Source of the DNA: an uncultured Eubacteriales bacterium
GTDB taxonomy: Bacteria > Bacillota > Clostridia > TANB77 > UBA1234
DNA length: 64,000 nt
Direction: 5' to 3'
Assembly (NCBI GenBank): GCA_949283575.1
Contig: CASDSU010000028.1
Location: 391,706-455,705, forward strand
Positions 37,321-46,728 of this stretch are shown here, piece by piece. The notes under the pieces are model-generated. The model had not been told where the DNA came from. It was given only the letters and a program-made list of their open reading frames with translations, and did no database searches. Numbering within the stretch: position 1 is the stretch's first letter; each line of letters starts with the position of its first letter. A program made the position numbers and the translations under genes.

Positions 37321-38031
37321 ATGAAAAATAAAGTTGGAATTTTAAGTATCACGCTAATCTTAACGATAATTGTATTTTCAATATCTACGTATATGCAAAA
37401 ACAACTTATAGATTATGAACCAAAGATAAGTTGTTTAGTAGTAAATCAAGATATTGAAGCTAATCAAAAATTAGAAGAGGAAATGTTTGTTTCAAAAGAA
37501 ATACCCGTTTCATTAATTTCAACAGTACAAGTTATATCAGGCTTTTCGGAGATTGAAGGTTTGTATGCGAAAGATGATATTTATAAAAGTCAAATCGCGA
37601 TGAAGAAGCAGTTTGATACTAAAGAAAATTTATCGATATATGAAGCGGAAAATGGAAAAGAAAAAATATCCATAAAAATTCAAAATGCAGAAAATGGTGT
37701 GTCGTATGCGATAAAACCAAACTCATTCGTAAATATTTATTCAACGGTTAGAAATGATTATGCAAAAAATTTTTTAATGGATAATGAGCGCCTATCAATT
37801 GGTGATGAGTATGATGGATACACAGTAATAAAATTAATTGATTCTGTTAGAGTGCTAGGTGCATTTAACATTGATGGAATTGAGGTTAATGGATACGAGG
37901 ATGGAATCATTGATTCAATTATGATTGCGGTTACGCCAGATGAAGCAAAACAAATAAACTTACTTAGAGATATTGCATCGTTTAATATTACCGGAATATC
38001 AAATCAATATGTAGAGGATGAAGAAGTATGA
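37321..38031 (+). CDS. cpaB: CpaB/RcpC-like Flp pilus assembly protein
   Basis: N-terminal TM segment, a SAF-like stretch (VVNQDIEANQKLEEEMF..KEIP), then GKEKISIKI...IKPNSFVNIYSTV and ..IMIAVTPDEAKQINLL.., the CpaB pattern. Confidence 0.65.
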   Translation: MKNKVGILSITLILTIIVFSISTYMQKQLIDYEPKISCLVVNQDIEANQKLEEEMFVSKEIPVSLISTVQVISGFSEIEGLYAKDDIYKSQIAMKKQFDTKENLSIYEAENGKEKISIKIQNAENGVSYAIKPNSFVNIYSTVRNDYAKNFLMDNERLSIGDEYDGYTVIKLIDSVRVLGAFNIDGIEVNGYEDGIIDSIMIAVTPDEAKQINLLRDIASFNITGISNQYVEDEEV

Positions 38032-38351
38032 AAATATATTTTATAGATAAAACAGGAAAAAACGGAAGAATTGCAAAAGAACTACAAACTAGAGGCTATG
38101 AAAATGTAGAGATAAAGAATACATATTCATTTAAATGTACAAAAAGTGATTACGTTATTTTAAGTGAATACAACAAACATGATAAAGATAATGAAATGCT
38201 ATGTAAATACAACAATTTGATAATCATTTCGAAAGATATCGATAAAGATACCATATATGATTATATAAGAAAATATAAGGTTATAGATATAATAACTGAA
38301 AAAGCAACAGATGAATATATCGCAGAGAGAATTACAAAATCATTTGTATAA
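38028..38351 (+). CDS. Small soluble protein; possible receiver-like/TadZ N-domain remnant
   Basis: ATGA overlap with the cpaB-like gene and a GAGGA RBS. Alternating beta/alpha pattern (MKIYFIDK..YVILSEY..LIIISKD). No ATPase domain. Confidence 0.5.
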   Translation: MKIYFIDKTGKNGRIAKELQTRGYENVEIKNTYSFKCTKSDYVILSEYNKHDKDNEMLCKYNNLIIISKDIDKDTIYDYIRKYKVIDIITEKATDEYIAERITKSFV

Positions 38352-38359
38352 GAATTTTT

Positions 38360-38384
38360 GGACAAGAGAAACGTCACTGTGTCC
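38360..38384 (+). repeat. GGACAA hairpin repeat copy
   Basis: TTTTTGGACAAGAGAAACGTCACTGTGTCCAAAAA, 8 nt after the stop at 38351 and 18 nt before ATG 38403. Confidence 0.8.
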
Positions 38385-38402
38385 AAAAAAAGGAGAATAG
38401 TT

Positions 38403-39698
38403 ATGAAAAGAAATTTGGATAGAATAAAAATAATTACGATTTTTATTTTCTTTGTTAGTTTTTTAATTTCTAACAATAAAGGTGTACATGCTGAAAATTT
38501 GATAAATTTTTCAGATATTCAGAATCATTGGGCGAAAGAAAATATAACAGAGTTAGTTAATAGAAATGTTGTTGCAGGTTATGAAGATGGAACATTCAAA
38601 CCTGAGAATAATGTTACGGTTGCTGAATTTGTAAAGATGATAGTAGAGGCTGGAGGATACAGTTTGACAAGAAGTGGAGATTCGGTTTGGCCTGATTTTT
38701 ATATTGAAACAGCAATTAATAAAAAAATGATTTTTCATGATGAATTTGAGATTTATGATAAACCAATAACGAGATATGAAATTTCAAATATAGTTTCAAG
38801 ATTTATAGATACAAGTGATCTGAAAGAAAGTAAAAATGTTTTTAAGGATTTGGATGAAGAATATAGAAGTCAAGTTTTAAAGTTAGTGAAATTAAAGATT
38901 ATAAATGGTTATGAGGATAAAACGTATCGTGGGAAAAATAATGTGACACGTGCGGAGGCTGCAACAATAATATGTAAAACGCTAAATGCCAGAGATGATC
39001 TGGTTTCAAAACGCAAGTATAATGTGAAAGAAAGAACAGATTTAACAAATTATAAGGTTGAGAATGATACAAATAAAACTTCGATAAAGACGTATTATGA
39101 AATAAAAGGAAATGATTTATTAATATATGATCATGGAAGATATGCAAAATTAAGTGGATATGAAATAAATGATAAAAATATCGATTTGAAAAAAGTAATA
39201 AAAATAATTAAAGCATTAGTTAGTGAAAATAGATATGTAGCAGTTGTGTATACGCCTTCAAAATATACAACAAATCAATTAAGAATTCTATATGGAAAAA
39301 ACGAAACAAATACTTTAAGCAATGAATATGATTTTTCATTTACATATTATGAGGATAAATTATATGAATTATCGAAAATTTCAGGTGTTGAAGAATTTAG
39401 TGATGAATGTTATTTAAAAATTGATGTTTTGAAAATGTGGGATGAATTTTATAATTATCAAAACGGAATATATATTGATGAATATAAGAAAGAGAAGTTG
39501 CTAGAAGCGCTAGAAATAGAATTTGGTGGATATAGCAATTTAATATGCGAATATATTTTAGAGAAAAATGTTAAATATGTTACTAATGTTGAACGTGACA
39601 AGAAGCATGTTGAGAAAAAGAGGTTTGGAAATTATATAATTAATTTTTATCAAAACGAAAATAATGTTCCACAGTTTTATGTGGCTAAACAAAAATAG
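38403..39698 (+). CDS. SLH-domain cell-wall-anchored protein
   Basis: AAGGAGA RBS before ATG 38403. The track TTG at 38358 lies in the repeat. Signal peptide, then SLH repeats (FSDIQNHWAKENITELVNRNVVAGYEDGTFKPENNVTVAEF; FKDLDEEYRSQVLKLVKLKIINGYEDKTYRGKNNVTRAEA), then an unknown C-domain. Confidence 0.8.
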   Translation: MKRNLDRIKIITIFIFFVSFLISNNKGVHAENLINFSDIQNHWAKENITELVNRNVVAGYEDGTFKPENNVTVAEFVKMIVEAGGYSLTRSGDSVWPDFYIETAINKKMIFHDEFEIYDKPITRYEISNIVSRFIDTSDLKESKNVFKDLDEEYRSQVLKLVKLKIINGYEDKTYRGKNNVTRAEAATIICKTLNARDDLVSKRKYNVKERTDLTNYKVENDTNKTSIKTYYEIKGNDLLIYDHGRYAKLSGYEINDKNIDLKKVIKIIKALVSENRYVAVVYTPSKYTTNQLRILYGKNETNTLSNEYDFSFTYYEDKLYELSKISGVEEFSDECYLKIDVLKMWDEFYNYQNGIYIDEYKKEKLLEALEIEFGGYSNLICEYILEKNVKYVTNVERDKKHVEKKRFGNYIINFYQNENNVPQFYVAKQK

Positions 39699-39738
39699 TT
39701 TAAGTCAGATTAAAAGGAATCAGAGAAAGGAAAAGAGA

Positions 39739-41394
39739 TTGAAAAGATTTTTATTATTAATGACATTTTGTTTTATGATACTTATACCTAATTGTTATGC
39801 ATATAGTAGTGGCTTCTTATACATGATTAAAGCAATGAATATTGAATTAAATAATGTTAATGGATTACCATTAAACGAAGAGATTTATGAAAAATATAAT
39901 TTGATTGTATATGGAAGCCCTATTACAGTAAATGATACGAAACAAAGGTGGAAAACTACAGAAAACGGGAATTGGACCAAAAGTGCAGGTGCATGGAATG
40001 GTGCTGGTGAAAGAGGAGAGTATTGGATTCTGGGTCAAGATTTTTCTGGCAAATCAGTTCATAATGAAATTTTTCCGGATGATTATAATTCTGGAACATC
40101 GCCACTTAATTGGAATTATAGGGTAATAAATGGTGCCGTGGAATCATGGAGCGATGCTTCAAAATATATGTATGAAGAGCAAAAAGAATATATGCTTACA
40201 CAAAAATTATCAAGATTTGGAACGACATATGACTTAACGGTTTTAGATATAGGATTGGATAAGGCACGTCTTGAAAACTATGCTACATGGGGAAGTACAG
40301 GTAGTGTATATACAGAAAAGCCTGGAGAAGGAAATGTATATTGGGTTGCAACGTTTAGTATTCCGCCAATGGCTGGTGAAGCAAAATTAAATAGTGTTTT
40401 AGAATTGCCTAATGGAACCGAATATACTATGTCAAAGGATGACGAAAAAATTGAAATTCCACTTTCTTTTGGAGCGTATATTGATGGTCTTTCAGAATAT
40501 GCGAAAGCAGAGCATATAAAAGTAATTGAATCAGAACTTAAAGTTAATGGAGTAACATACAATACGGTGAGTGCATCAGAAACGATTAGAATAAGCAAAA
40601 ATGGAAATTTAATTATAAAGAAAGAAGATTATCCTGGCGTTGAAAAAATCACCTTGAATTTTGAATGTAATTCGTTTGCGGCTACGTATTTTCCGTCAGA
40701 TCCGGTGTTATATTCGAATAAAAATGTAACGGTAACAATCAATCTAGAATCGGATTCTAAAAACAAGGTTTTGTATTATAACGACGAAAATGCTCCAACA
40801 ATATATAGAATAACAATTAAACGTTTAAGCGTCGATGCTAGAGGGAATACCATTGAGGAAGATTTATGCATAAATAATAAAACAAGAATACCTTTTGTAT
40901 GTGCGGGACAAGTTATAAAAATTGAAGTGGAAACGTCAAAAAGTGCAGATAAAGTAACGTTTGATTTTGCAGGTTTTAATTCCATTCGAAAGCTGGACAG
41001 TTTGACTAAAAGATTTTTATGGGATGAACCAAAAAGTAGAGGAGAAAAGACTATATATTCAAATTTGACAGCACTTCAAAGAATGTACAATATGCCGGCT
41101 AGATTAACTTTGGAGGAACAAAAAGCAGAAACAGAAGTATATTCAGCAATTTATGTAGTCCCATATCAAACGACACAGACACTTCATTCATGGAATTCGC
41201 TTCGAGAAGAAAAGAAAGATGCATTTAAAATAGATGAGTCTAAACTGTTTAGTAGAAAAGAAAACTCATACACTTTGGTAGTACGAGCAAGTTCAGAAGT
41301 TGGTAGTCGTACGAAAAACTATAAATTTGATGTTGCTGAAAGATGGGATGAACTATATAATCACGATATTTCAAAGTATATATCAAATTATTAA
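39739..41394 (+). CDS. Secreted hypothetical protein (~551 aa)
   Basis: In-frame TTG 39739 gives a Sec-type signal (KRFLLLMTFCFMILIPNCYA|YSS). AAAGG ~8 nt upstream. No recognisable family. The start is uncertain. Confidence 0.6.
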   Translation: MKRFLLLMTFCFMILIPNCYAYSSGFLYMIKAMNIELNNVNGLPLNEEIYEKYNLIVYGSPITVNDTKQRWKTTENGNWTKSAGAWNGAGERGEYWILGQDFSGKSVHNEIFPDDYNSGTSPLNWNYRVINGAVESWSDASKYMYEEQKEYMLTQKLSRFGTTYDLTVLDIGLDKARLENYATWGSTGSVYTEKPGEGNVYWVATFSIPPMAGEAKLNSVLELPNGTEYTMSKDDEKIEIPLSFGAYIDGLSEYAKAEHIKVIESELKVNGVTYNTVSASETIRISKNGNLIIKKEDYPGVEKITLNFECNSFAATYFPSDPVLYSNKNVTVTINLESDSKNKVLYYNDENAPTIYRITIKRLSVDARGNTIEEDLCINNKTRIPFVCAGQVIKIEVETSKSADKVTFDFAGFNSIRKLDSLTKRFLWDEPKSRGEKTIYSNLTALQRMYNMPARLTLEEQKAETEVYSAIYVVPYQTTQTLHSWNSLREEKKDAFKIDESKLFSRKENSYTLVVRASSEVGSRTKNYKFDVAERWDELYNHDISKYISNY

Positions 41395-41424
41395 AATCAA
41401 AGAAGTTATAGGTGAGAACAAGCG

Positions 41425-41928
41425 ATGAAAGTGAAGAATCAAAATGGTGATGTACTAACAATAGCTTTAATATTTGTAGCAATAGCTCTAGTTATATTTA
41501 CATTTATAATTGCAGTTTTTATGAGTCATATAAATAATATTTTATATAATTTAAAACTTGATATGTATTCAATGAATAGAAGCGCGATAATCGCTGTAAA
41601 TAAATACAGTACGAGTATGGATAAATTCTCATATAATGTTGGGGCATACAAAGATGAATTTATAAAATTTTTGAAAAGTAATTATGAGTTAGATGAAAAT
41701 TTATCAAATGATAAAAAATTAATAACTTCCGTAGAAATAGAAGAATACACAATATACGAAAAAGGAAATAGAGATTTATATACAAATAAAATGTGTGATA
41801 CAAGAACAATACACACTGTGTTAAGTGTTAAAATAAGACCAATTATTTTGAAAAATTATTTGGAAGATATTTTTGTTTTCACAGTTCATGAAGATGTTGC
41901 ATTAAGTTCGATGAAAACAGAAAGATAG
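41425..41928 (+). CDS. TadE/pseudopilin-like protein
   Basis: AGGTGAG RBS. A short leader ending ..NQNG, then DVLTIALIFVAIALVIFTFIIAVF, the same G|x-x-(I/V)-L pattern as the 37084 and 41937 products. Confidence 0.55.
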   Translation: MKVKNQNGDVLTIALIFVAIALVIFTFIIAVFMSHINNILYNLKLDMYSMNRSAIIAVNKYSTSMDKFSYNVGAYKDEFIKFLKSNYELDENLSNDKKLITSVEIEEYTIYEKGNRDLYTNKMCDTRTIHTVLSVKIRPIILKNYLEDIFVFTVHEDVALSSMKTER

Positions 41929-41936
41929 GAAGATAA

Positions 41937-42350
41937 ATGAAAAAAATTGTTAGAAAAAAGGATAATTCATGTAAAGGTAGTGCAATACTTACTACCCCAA
42001 TAATTATAGCAATTGGAATAATGTTTGTTTCAACATTAATAGTACTTGCAGTAAATATATTGATGCCATACATTTGGTATGAAAAGTTATCAAGTTCTTG
42101 CATTAAATATATTTTCGTTATGGAGGAATATGGATATCTTACCAAAAATGAAGTTAGAAATTTAGAAAATGAATTGATAGCACAAGGTTTTAATAGTGAT
42201 AAATTAAAAATAAGTTACACAGCAAGTCGTGTAACTTATGGAAATCCAATATTTTTGAAAGTTGCATATGATTATGAATTAAAAATTCCATTTATAGAAA
42301 AAGAAAATATACCAATGGTTATAGAAAGAAATTCAGTAAGTAAAAGGTAG
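41937..42350 (+). CDS. TadE/pseudopilin-like protein (DUF4320-like)
   Basis: AGGAAG RBS. A leader ending ..SCKG, then SAILTTPIIIAIGIMFVSTLIVLAV. Confidence 0.55.
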   Translation: MKKIVRKKDNSCKGSAILTTPIIIAIGIMFVSTLIVLAVNILMPYIWYEKLSSSCIKYIFVMEEYGYLTKNEVRNLENELIAQGFNSDKLKISYTASRVTYGNPIFLKVAYDYELKIPFIEKENIPMVIERNSVSKR

Positions 42351-42360
42351 AAACTTTTTT

Positions 42361-42384
42361 GATAAAAGCTCAATCCCTTTGTCT
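42361..42384 (+). repeat. Degenerate GGACAA hairpin repeat copy
   Basis: GATAAAAGCTCAATCCCTTTGTCT compared with the consensus GGACAAAAGCCCCGTCCCTTTGTCC. 10 nt after the stop at 42350. Confidence 0.5.
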
Positions 42385-42401
42385 ATTTTGTCTACACAAA
42401 A

Positions 42402-42422
42402 AGCGCTACCAGTGGTAGCGCT
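42402..42422. terminator. Perfect palindrome overlapping the rlmH stop codon; shared convergent terminator
   Basis: AGCGCTACC-AGT-GGTAGCGCT. T-rich sequence follows on both strands. It encodes ..ERYHW* of RlmH. Confidence 0.6.
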
Positions 42423-42885
42423 CGTTGTTTTGTATTTTAAATGCTCTAAAGATTTGTTCTGTTAAGAATAGTCGAATTAGTTGATGTGGAAATGTTAGTT
42501 TCGAGAACGATAATGTTAAGTTACTGTTAGAAACTAGTTCGCGATCTAATCCAGTTGTCCCGCCGATTATAAAGGCAATAGTACTAAATCCTTTTAAAGT
42601 TATATCTTGAATCTTTTCTGAAAATTCTTCCGATGTTAGTGTTTTACCATATTGATCAAGGCATATTACAAAATCTGATGAGTTTAGTTTTGATTTTATT
42701 TTGTTTGCCTCAAGTTTTTTAATATTCAAAATTTCTTTTTCAGAAGGATTATTTGGAATTGCCTCATCAGCAAGTTCAATGATTTCAAGATTTGCATATT
42801 TACTTATTCGCTTTTTGTATTCATCGATTAGAGATGAAAGGGATTGTTCTTTAACTTTTCCCAAACAAATTATTTTTATATTCAT
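42406..42885 (-). CDS. rlmH: 23S rRNA (pseudouridine1915-N3)-methyltransferase RlmH
   Basis: 159-aa SPOUT protein: MNIKIICLGKVKE...IAFIIGGTTGL...LSFSKLTFPHQLIRLFLTEQIFRAF. Confidence 0.92.
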   Translation of the reverse strand: MNIKIICLGKVKEQSLSSLIDEYKKRISKYANLEIIELADEAIPNNPSEKEILNIKKLEANKIKSKLNSSDFVICLDQYGKTLTSEEFSEKIQDITLKGFSTIAFIIGGTTGLDRELVSNSNLTLSFSKLTFPHQLIRLFLTEQIFRAFKIQNNERYHW

Positions 42886-42894
42886 ATTATTCTC

Positions 42895-43677
42895 CTAAAC
42901 TATTTCAAGAATCTCATCTACTGTGTCGCGTCCTGCAACTGAAAGATGAAAAGGAACATCAAGTGTAGAATTATTTAACTCGTTAAGGACTGTTTGATAT
43001 GCAAGTTCTGGGAAATTATTTTCTTTACTTAAATGTCCAAGTATAAATTTTGTAACGCCACTTTCGTATAGTGTTTTGACTAGTTTGCTAGTACTTTCAT
43101 TAGATAAATGTCCAATATCGCTAGATATCCTTTTCTTTAAAAAATATGGATATGCGCCACAAAGTAAAGTGTCATTATCATAATTTGATTCTATTAGTAA
43201 GACATCGCTTCCAGTCATTTCAGATATAAGTTTTTCTTCTATATGACCTATGTCAGTAGCAACAGTAACTTTCTTTCCTTTAGATAAAATACTGAAACCA
43301 CAAGGATCAATAGCATCATGAGGAATTGAAAAAGGATGAACAGTTGCATCACCAATTTCAAAATTTTTATTCGGACTAAAAGTATTTTTGCAAGAATCAC
43401 AAACATTTAATGAATCCATCTGTGACCATGTTTTTTCTGTCGCATAAATTGGTGTATTGAATTTTTTTGCAATTGTAGTTAAACCTTTTGTGTGGTCACT
43501 ATGTTCGTGAGTTATCAATATTGCATCAATATCATTAAAGCTAACGCCTAATGTTTCAAGTGCTTTAACTATTCTGGTGCAACTAACTCCAGCGTCAATC
43601 AAAATTTTTGCAGTTTCAGTTTCGATATATGTTGAATTTCCACTGCTACCACTAAATAAATTACAAAACTTAATCAT
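42895..43677 (-). CDS. MBL-fold metallo-hydrolase (YycJ/WalJ-like)
   Basis: ..SGSSGNSTYIE..ILIDAG.. and ITHEHSDHTKGL (HxHxDH). Confidence 0.88.
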   Translation of the reverse strand: MIKFCNLFSGSSGNSTYIETETAKILIDAGVSCTRIVKALETLGVSFNDIDAILITHEHSDHTKGLTTIAKKFNTPIYATEKTWSQMDSLNVCDSCKNTFSPNKNFEIGDATVHPFSIPHDAIDPCGFSILSKGKKVTVATDIGHIEEKLISEMTGSDVLLIESNYDNDTLLCGAYPYFLKKRISSDIGHLSNESTSKLVKTLYESGVTKFILGHLSKENNFPELAYQTVLNELNNSTLDVPFHLSVAGRDTVDEILEIV

Positions 43678-43700
43678 ATGTATCTCCTTAATTTAAAAAT

Positions 43701-43726
43701 GGACAAAAGCTCCGTCCCCCTTGTCC
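43701..43726 (+). repeat. GGACAA hairpin repeat copy between murA and the MBL gene
   Basis: ATGGACAAAAGCTCCGTCCCCCTTGTCCAT. The flanking genes are on the minus strand, but the asymmetric core is in plus orientation. Confidence 0.85.
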
Positions 43727-43752
43727 ATTTTTTACAGTCTTTTTATTGTATA

Positions 43753-45021
43753 TTATTCTGAAACTCTTTCTATTTTTGCACCAAGTGAATTGAATCTTTC
43801 GGCTATTTTTTCATAACCTCTTTCGACATGTTCAATGCCATAAAGTTCTGTTTCACCATCTGCGCAAATGCCTGCAATTATCAGTGCGGCACCAGCTCTT
43901 AAATCAGTAGCTGTAACTTGACAGCCATTAAGTGCTTCAACGCCTTCTATGCAAGCAGTTTTTCCTTCAACTCTGATTTTTGCACCCATCTTTTTAAGCT
44001 CTTCTGTATATTGAAAACGAGAATCAAAAACTCCTTCGGTTAAGTAGCTTGTACCATCTGAAACAGAAAGAAGAACTGCAACTTGTGGTTGCATGTCTGT
44101 AGGAAAACCAGGATAAGGTAGTGTTTTTATATTACCTTTTGTAGTCCTAGCATCAGACCAAACTCTTATTTCATCACCATCTTCAGATTCTTCAATATTA
44201 ACACCCATCTCAACAAGTTTTGCAGAAATAGGGTCTAAATGTTTTGTAATACAATTCGTAATAGTAACATCTCCACGGGATGCAGCTGCAGCAATCATAA
44301 ATGTTCCAGCTTCGATTTGGTCAGGAACTATAGAATATGAAGCTCCGCCACGTAGCTCTTTGACACCAGTGATTTTAATTATATCAGTACCAGCACCTTT
44401 AATATTAGCTCCCATTGTATTTAAGAAGTTAGCTAAATCAACGATATGAGGTTCTTTAGCAGCGTTCTCAATTGTAGTAACTCCAGGAACAAGAACAGCT
44501 GAAAGCATTATATTAATTGTAGCGCCAACACTAACAACATCAAGGTATACAGAGTTACCTTCTAGGCCATTTTCTGAAGTTGCAATTATCATTCCGCCTT
44601 CGCAATTAACTGTTGCACCAAGTGTTTCAAAACCTTTAATATGCTGATCTATAGGTCTTGAACCAAAGTTGCATCCGCCAGGAAAACCAACAGAAGCTTT
44701 ACCAAAACGACTTAGGAGTGAACCTATGAAATAATATGAAGCTCTAAATTTTTTTGTTAAATCTAGAGGTATTTCTTTTTCTTCTACATTTGTAGAATCA
44801 ATTTCAACTTCGTTTGGAGTAATGAAATTGACCTTTGCGCCGAGTAATTCTAATATTTCACAACAACGTTTGATATCACTAATGTTTGGAATATTATCGA
44901 TACGACATTTACCTTTAATAAGTGCAGTTGCTGGTAAAATTGCTACTGCAGCATTTTTTGCACCATTGATACTAACCGTTCCTCTTAGAGGAGTATTTCC
45001 TTTTATTATAAATTTATCCAT
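43753..45021 (-). CDS. murA: UDP-N-acetylglucosamine 1-carboxyvinyltransferase
   Basis: MDKFIIKGNTPLRGTVSINGAKNAAVAILPA... and ..GGCNFGSRPIDQHIKGF.. are typical of MurA. 422 aa. Confidence 0.95.
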   Translation of the reverse strand: MDKFIIKGNTPLRGTVSINGAKNAAVAILPATALIKGKCRIDNIPNISDIKRCCEILELLGAKVNFITPNEVEIDSTNVEEKEIPLDLTKKFRASYYFIGSLLSRFGKASVGFPGGCNFGSRPIDQHIKGFETLGATVNCEGGMIIATSENGLEGNSVYLDVVSVGATINIMLSAVLVPGVTTIENAAKEPHIVDLANFLNTMGANIKGAGTDIIKITGVKELRGGASYSIVPDQIEAGTFMIAAAASRGDVTITNCITKHLDPISAKLVEMGVNIEESEDGDEIRVWSDARTTKGNIKTLPYPGFPTDMQPQVAVLLSVSDGTSYLTEGVFDSRFQYTEELKKMGAKIRVEGKTACIEGVEALNGCQVTATDLRAGAALIIAGICADGETELYGIEHVERGYEKIAERFNSLGAKIERVSE

Positions 45022-45057
45022 TCCAGACCTCTTTTCCTATTATGAGATTAATGCATT

Positions 45058-45777
45058 TTAATCAGCGTCGACATCAATTTTTGCTAAACCTTTAGAAAGA
45101 TTAACTTCAGTTATTCCTTCTATTTTAGTAAGTTCTTGAATTAATGTCTCTTTATTAGTAACATCAGTACATTTAACCAAGAATTTGATTATCAACGAGT
45201 TTGATGAATTTGATTTTATTTGTTTTATTGAAATAACTTCTAATTTATTTTTTTCAAATAAATCTTGCGCTTTACCTATAGTTCCATATTCTTTGCGAGA
45301 AATCAAAGTAAAAGTTGTTAATTTACTTTTGTTTGAAATTGCATTTTGAATAGGTGATGTAAAGTAAAGAATTATAAATATAAGTAATGTTGAAATGATT
45401 GCACCTTCGTAAAAGCCAGCACCAACGGCAAGACCAACACATGTTATTGCAAGTAAACTTGCAGCTGTTGTTATACCTTTAACAGAAAGGCCTTCACGAA
45501 TGATTGTCCCTGCACCTACGAAACCAATACCAGCAAGGATTTGAGCAGGTAATCTTGTAGGATCAAGAACAATTTCTGGATATAAATTACGCATATACAT
45601 GCCAAGAGACATTACAAGCGTAGCCGAAAGACAAATAAGAGTATGAGTTTTGATACCGGCAGGTTTATGTACTAATTCTCTTTCTAGACCAATAATTGCA
45701 GAAAGAATCAATGCAATTGATAGTTTTGTTATAGTATCAAGAGCTAGTGATGAAGTAAAGAAACCTAAAAAATCCAT
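45058..45777 (-). CDS. mgtC: MgtC/SapB-family membrane protein
   Basis: ..ALILSAIIGLERE...AGIKTHTLICL..GIGFVGAGTII.. plus a C-terminal ACT-like domain. Confidence 0.85.
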   Translation of the reverse strand: MDFLGFFTSSLALDTITKLSIALILSAIIGLERELVHKPAGIKTHTLICLSATLVMSLGMYMRNLYPEIVLDPTRLPAQILAGIGFVGAGTIIREGLSVKGITTAASLLAITCVGLAVGAGFYEGAIISTLLIFIILYFTSPIQNAISNKSKLTTFTLISRKEYGTIGKAQDLFEKNKLEVISIKQIKSNSSNSLIIKFLVKCTDVTNKETLIQELTKIEGITEVNLSKGLAKIDVDAD

Positions 45778-45922
45778 TTATATCACACCTTTTCTAAATA
45801 TTTAAATGTTCAAAAATTTTGCCCTAAAAATCTATTTAATTAGGGCAAAATTGGGAGCCTAAACTCCCATAAAGAATATATCATAGTTGAAATTCATTTA
45901 CAAGCATATATTTTATAGAAGA

Positions 45923-46108
45923 TTATGATGAAGATTTTACGGAAAAAGGCTTTTCGTGTAATTCGTTTATACAGTCTACTATTTTTAATTTGAACTGATA
46001 TTTTTGATTGATAGTACTGAAATTATTTGTAATTTGGGGGATATCTAATCCTAAGGAAGGATACATGATGCACCACCAATATGCGAATACTATAATAAAT
46101 TTTTTCAT
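45923..46108 (-). CDS. Small hypothetical protein (61 aa)
   Basis: GGAGGTG 4 nt before ATG 46108. N-terminal hydrophobic FIIVFAYWWCIMYPSL. Followed by two hairpins at 45817-45869. Confidence 0.3.
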   Translation of the reverse strand: MKKFIIVFAYWWCIMYPSLGLDIPQITNNFSTINQKYQFKLKIVDCINELHEKPFSVKSSS

Positions 46109-46173
46109 AAGCACCTCCAACAAGAGTATTACCAAGCATCGAAAAATAAATACCATAAAATGGAAAATATTAA

Positions 46174-46202
46174 TTGACACATATGGTAAAAAATGGTAAT
46201 AT
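46174..46202 (+). promoter_or_regulatory. Strong sigma-A-type promoter
   Basis: TTGACA-17 nt-TAATAT with an extended -10 TGg. Confidence 0.65.
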
Positions 46203-46233
46203 CAAAACAGACAAAAACAAAGGAGGAAAAATA

Positions 46234-46728
46234 ATGCATAAAATTATAAAAGCTTGTAATTTTTATGTTAGTGAATGGCATTTGTTTGCTGCTCTTCTAC
46301 CATATGTTCGTGAAGAATTAAAGCAAAACAATAAGATTGTTGTCATTTCGCAGGACAAGTTGGAAAGCGGAATGAAAAATTTAGTGAAAAGATTAAATCT
46401 TCATTTTGAAAATGAAAAAGGTATCGACGAAATTTGCTGGTTTAATGAAGAATTTGTGATGGAAATAAAAGAAGAACAAAATCCTGTAACTATTGTGGTA
46501 CAAGGTACTATGGAATTTATTAAAGAAATAAATACATATTTAATAGAAAAATTAATGAAAGCATGTAATGAGCTTAGAATTATAAATTGCTACGAAGTTT
46601 ATAATACAAATACGATGCTGTATAACATTTTGGATGATCATGATTTTGTATTCAATACAGCTGGGATGAATAAAAAAAGCGACATTTTTCCGGGATATAT
46701 TGAACCGGCAAAGATTTTAAATAGCTAA
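46234..46728 (+). CDS. Hypothetical 164-aa cytoplasmic protein (possibly MEDS-like)
   Basis: AGGAGG 7 nt before ATG 46234. The opening ..ACNFYVSEWHLFAALLPYVREELKQNNKIVVI.. is loosely like MEDS-domain openings. Weak call. Confidence 0.6.
   Translation: MHKIIKACNFYVSEWHLFAALLPYVREELKQNNKIVVISQDKLESGMKNLVKRLNLHFENEKGIDEICWFNEEFVMEIKEEQNPVTIVVQGTMEFIKEINTYLIEKLMKACNELRIINCYEVYNTNTMLYNILDDHDFVFNTAGMNKKSDIFPGYIEPAKILNS

Noticed and set aside
45778-45922. M-box (Mg2+) riboswitch in the mgtC leader
   Set aside because: Only two simple hairpins are present (45817-45850 and 45852-45869), and the leader is too short for the M-box architecture. They more likely terminate or attenuate the small upstream ORF.
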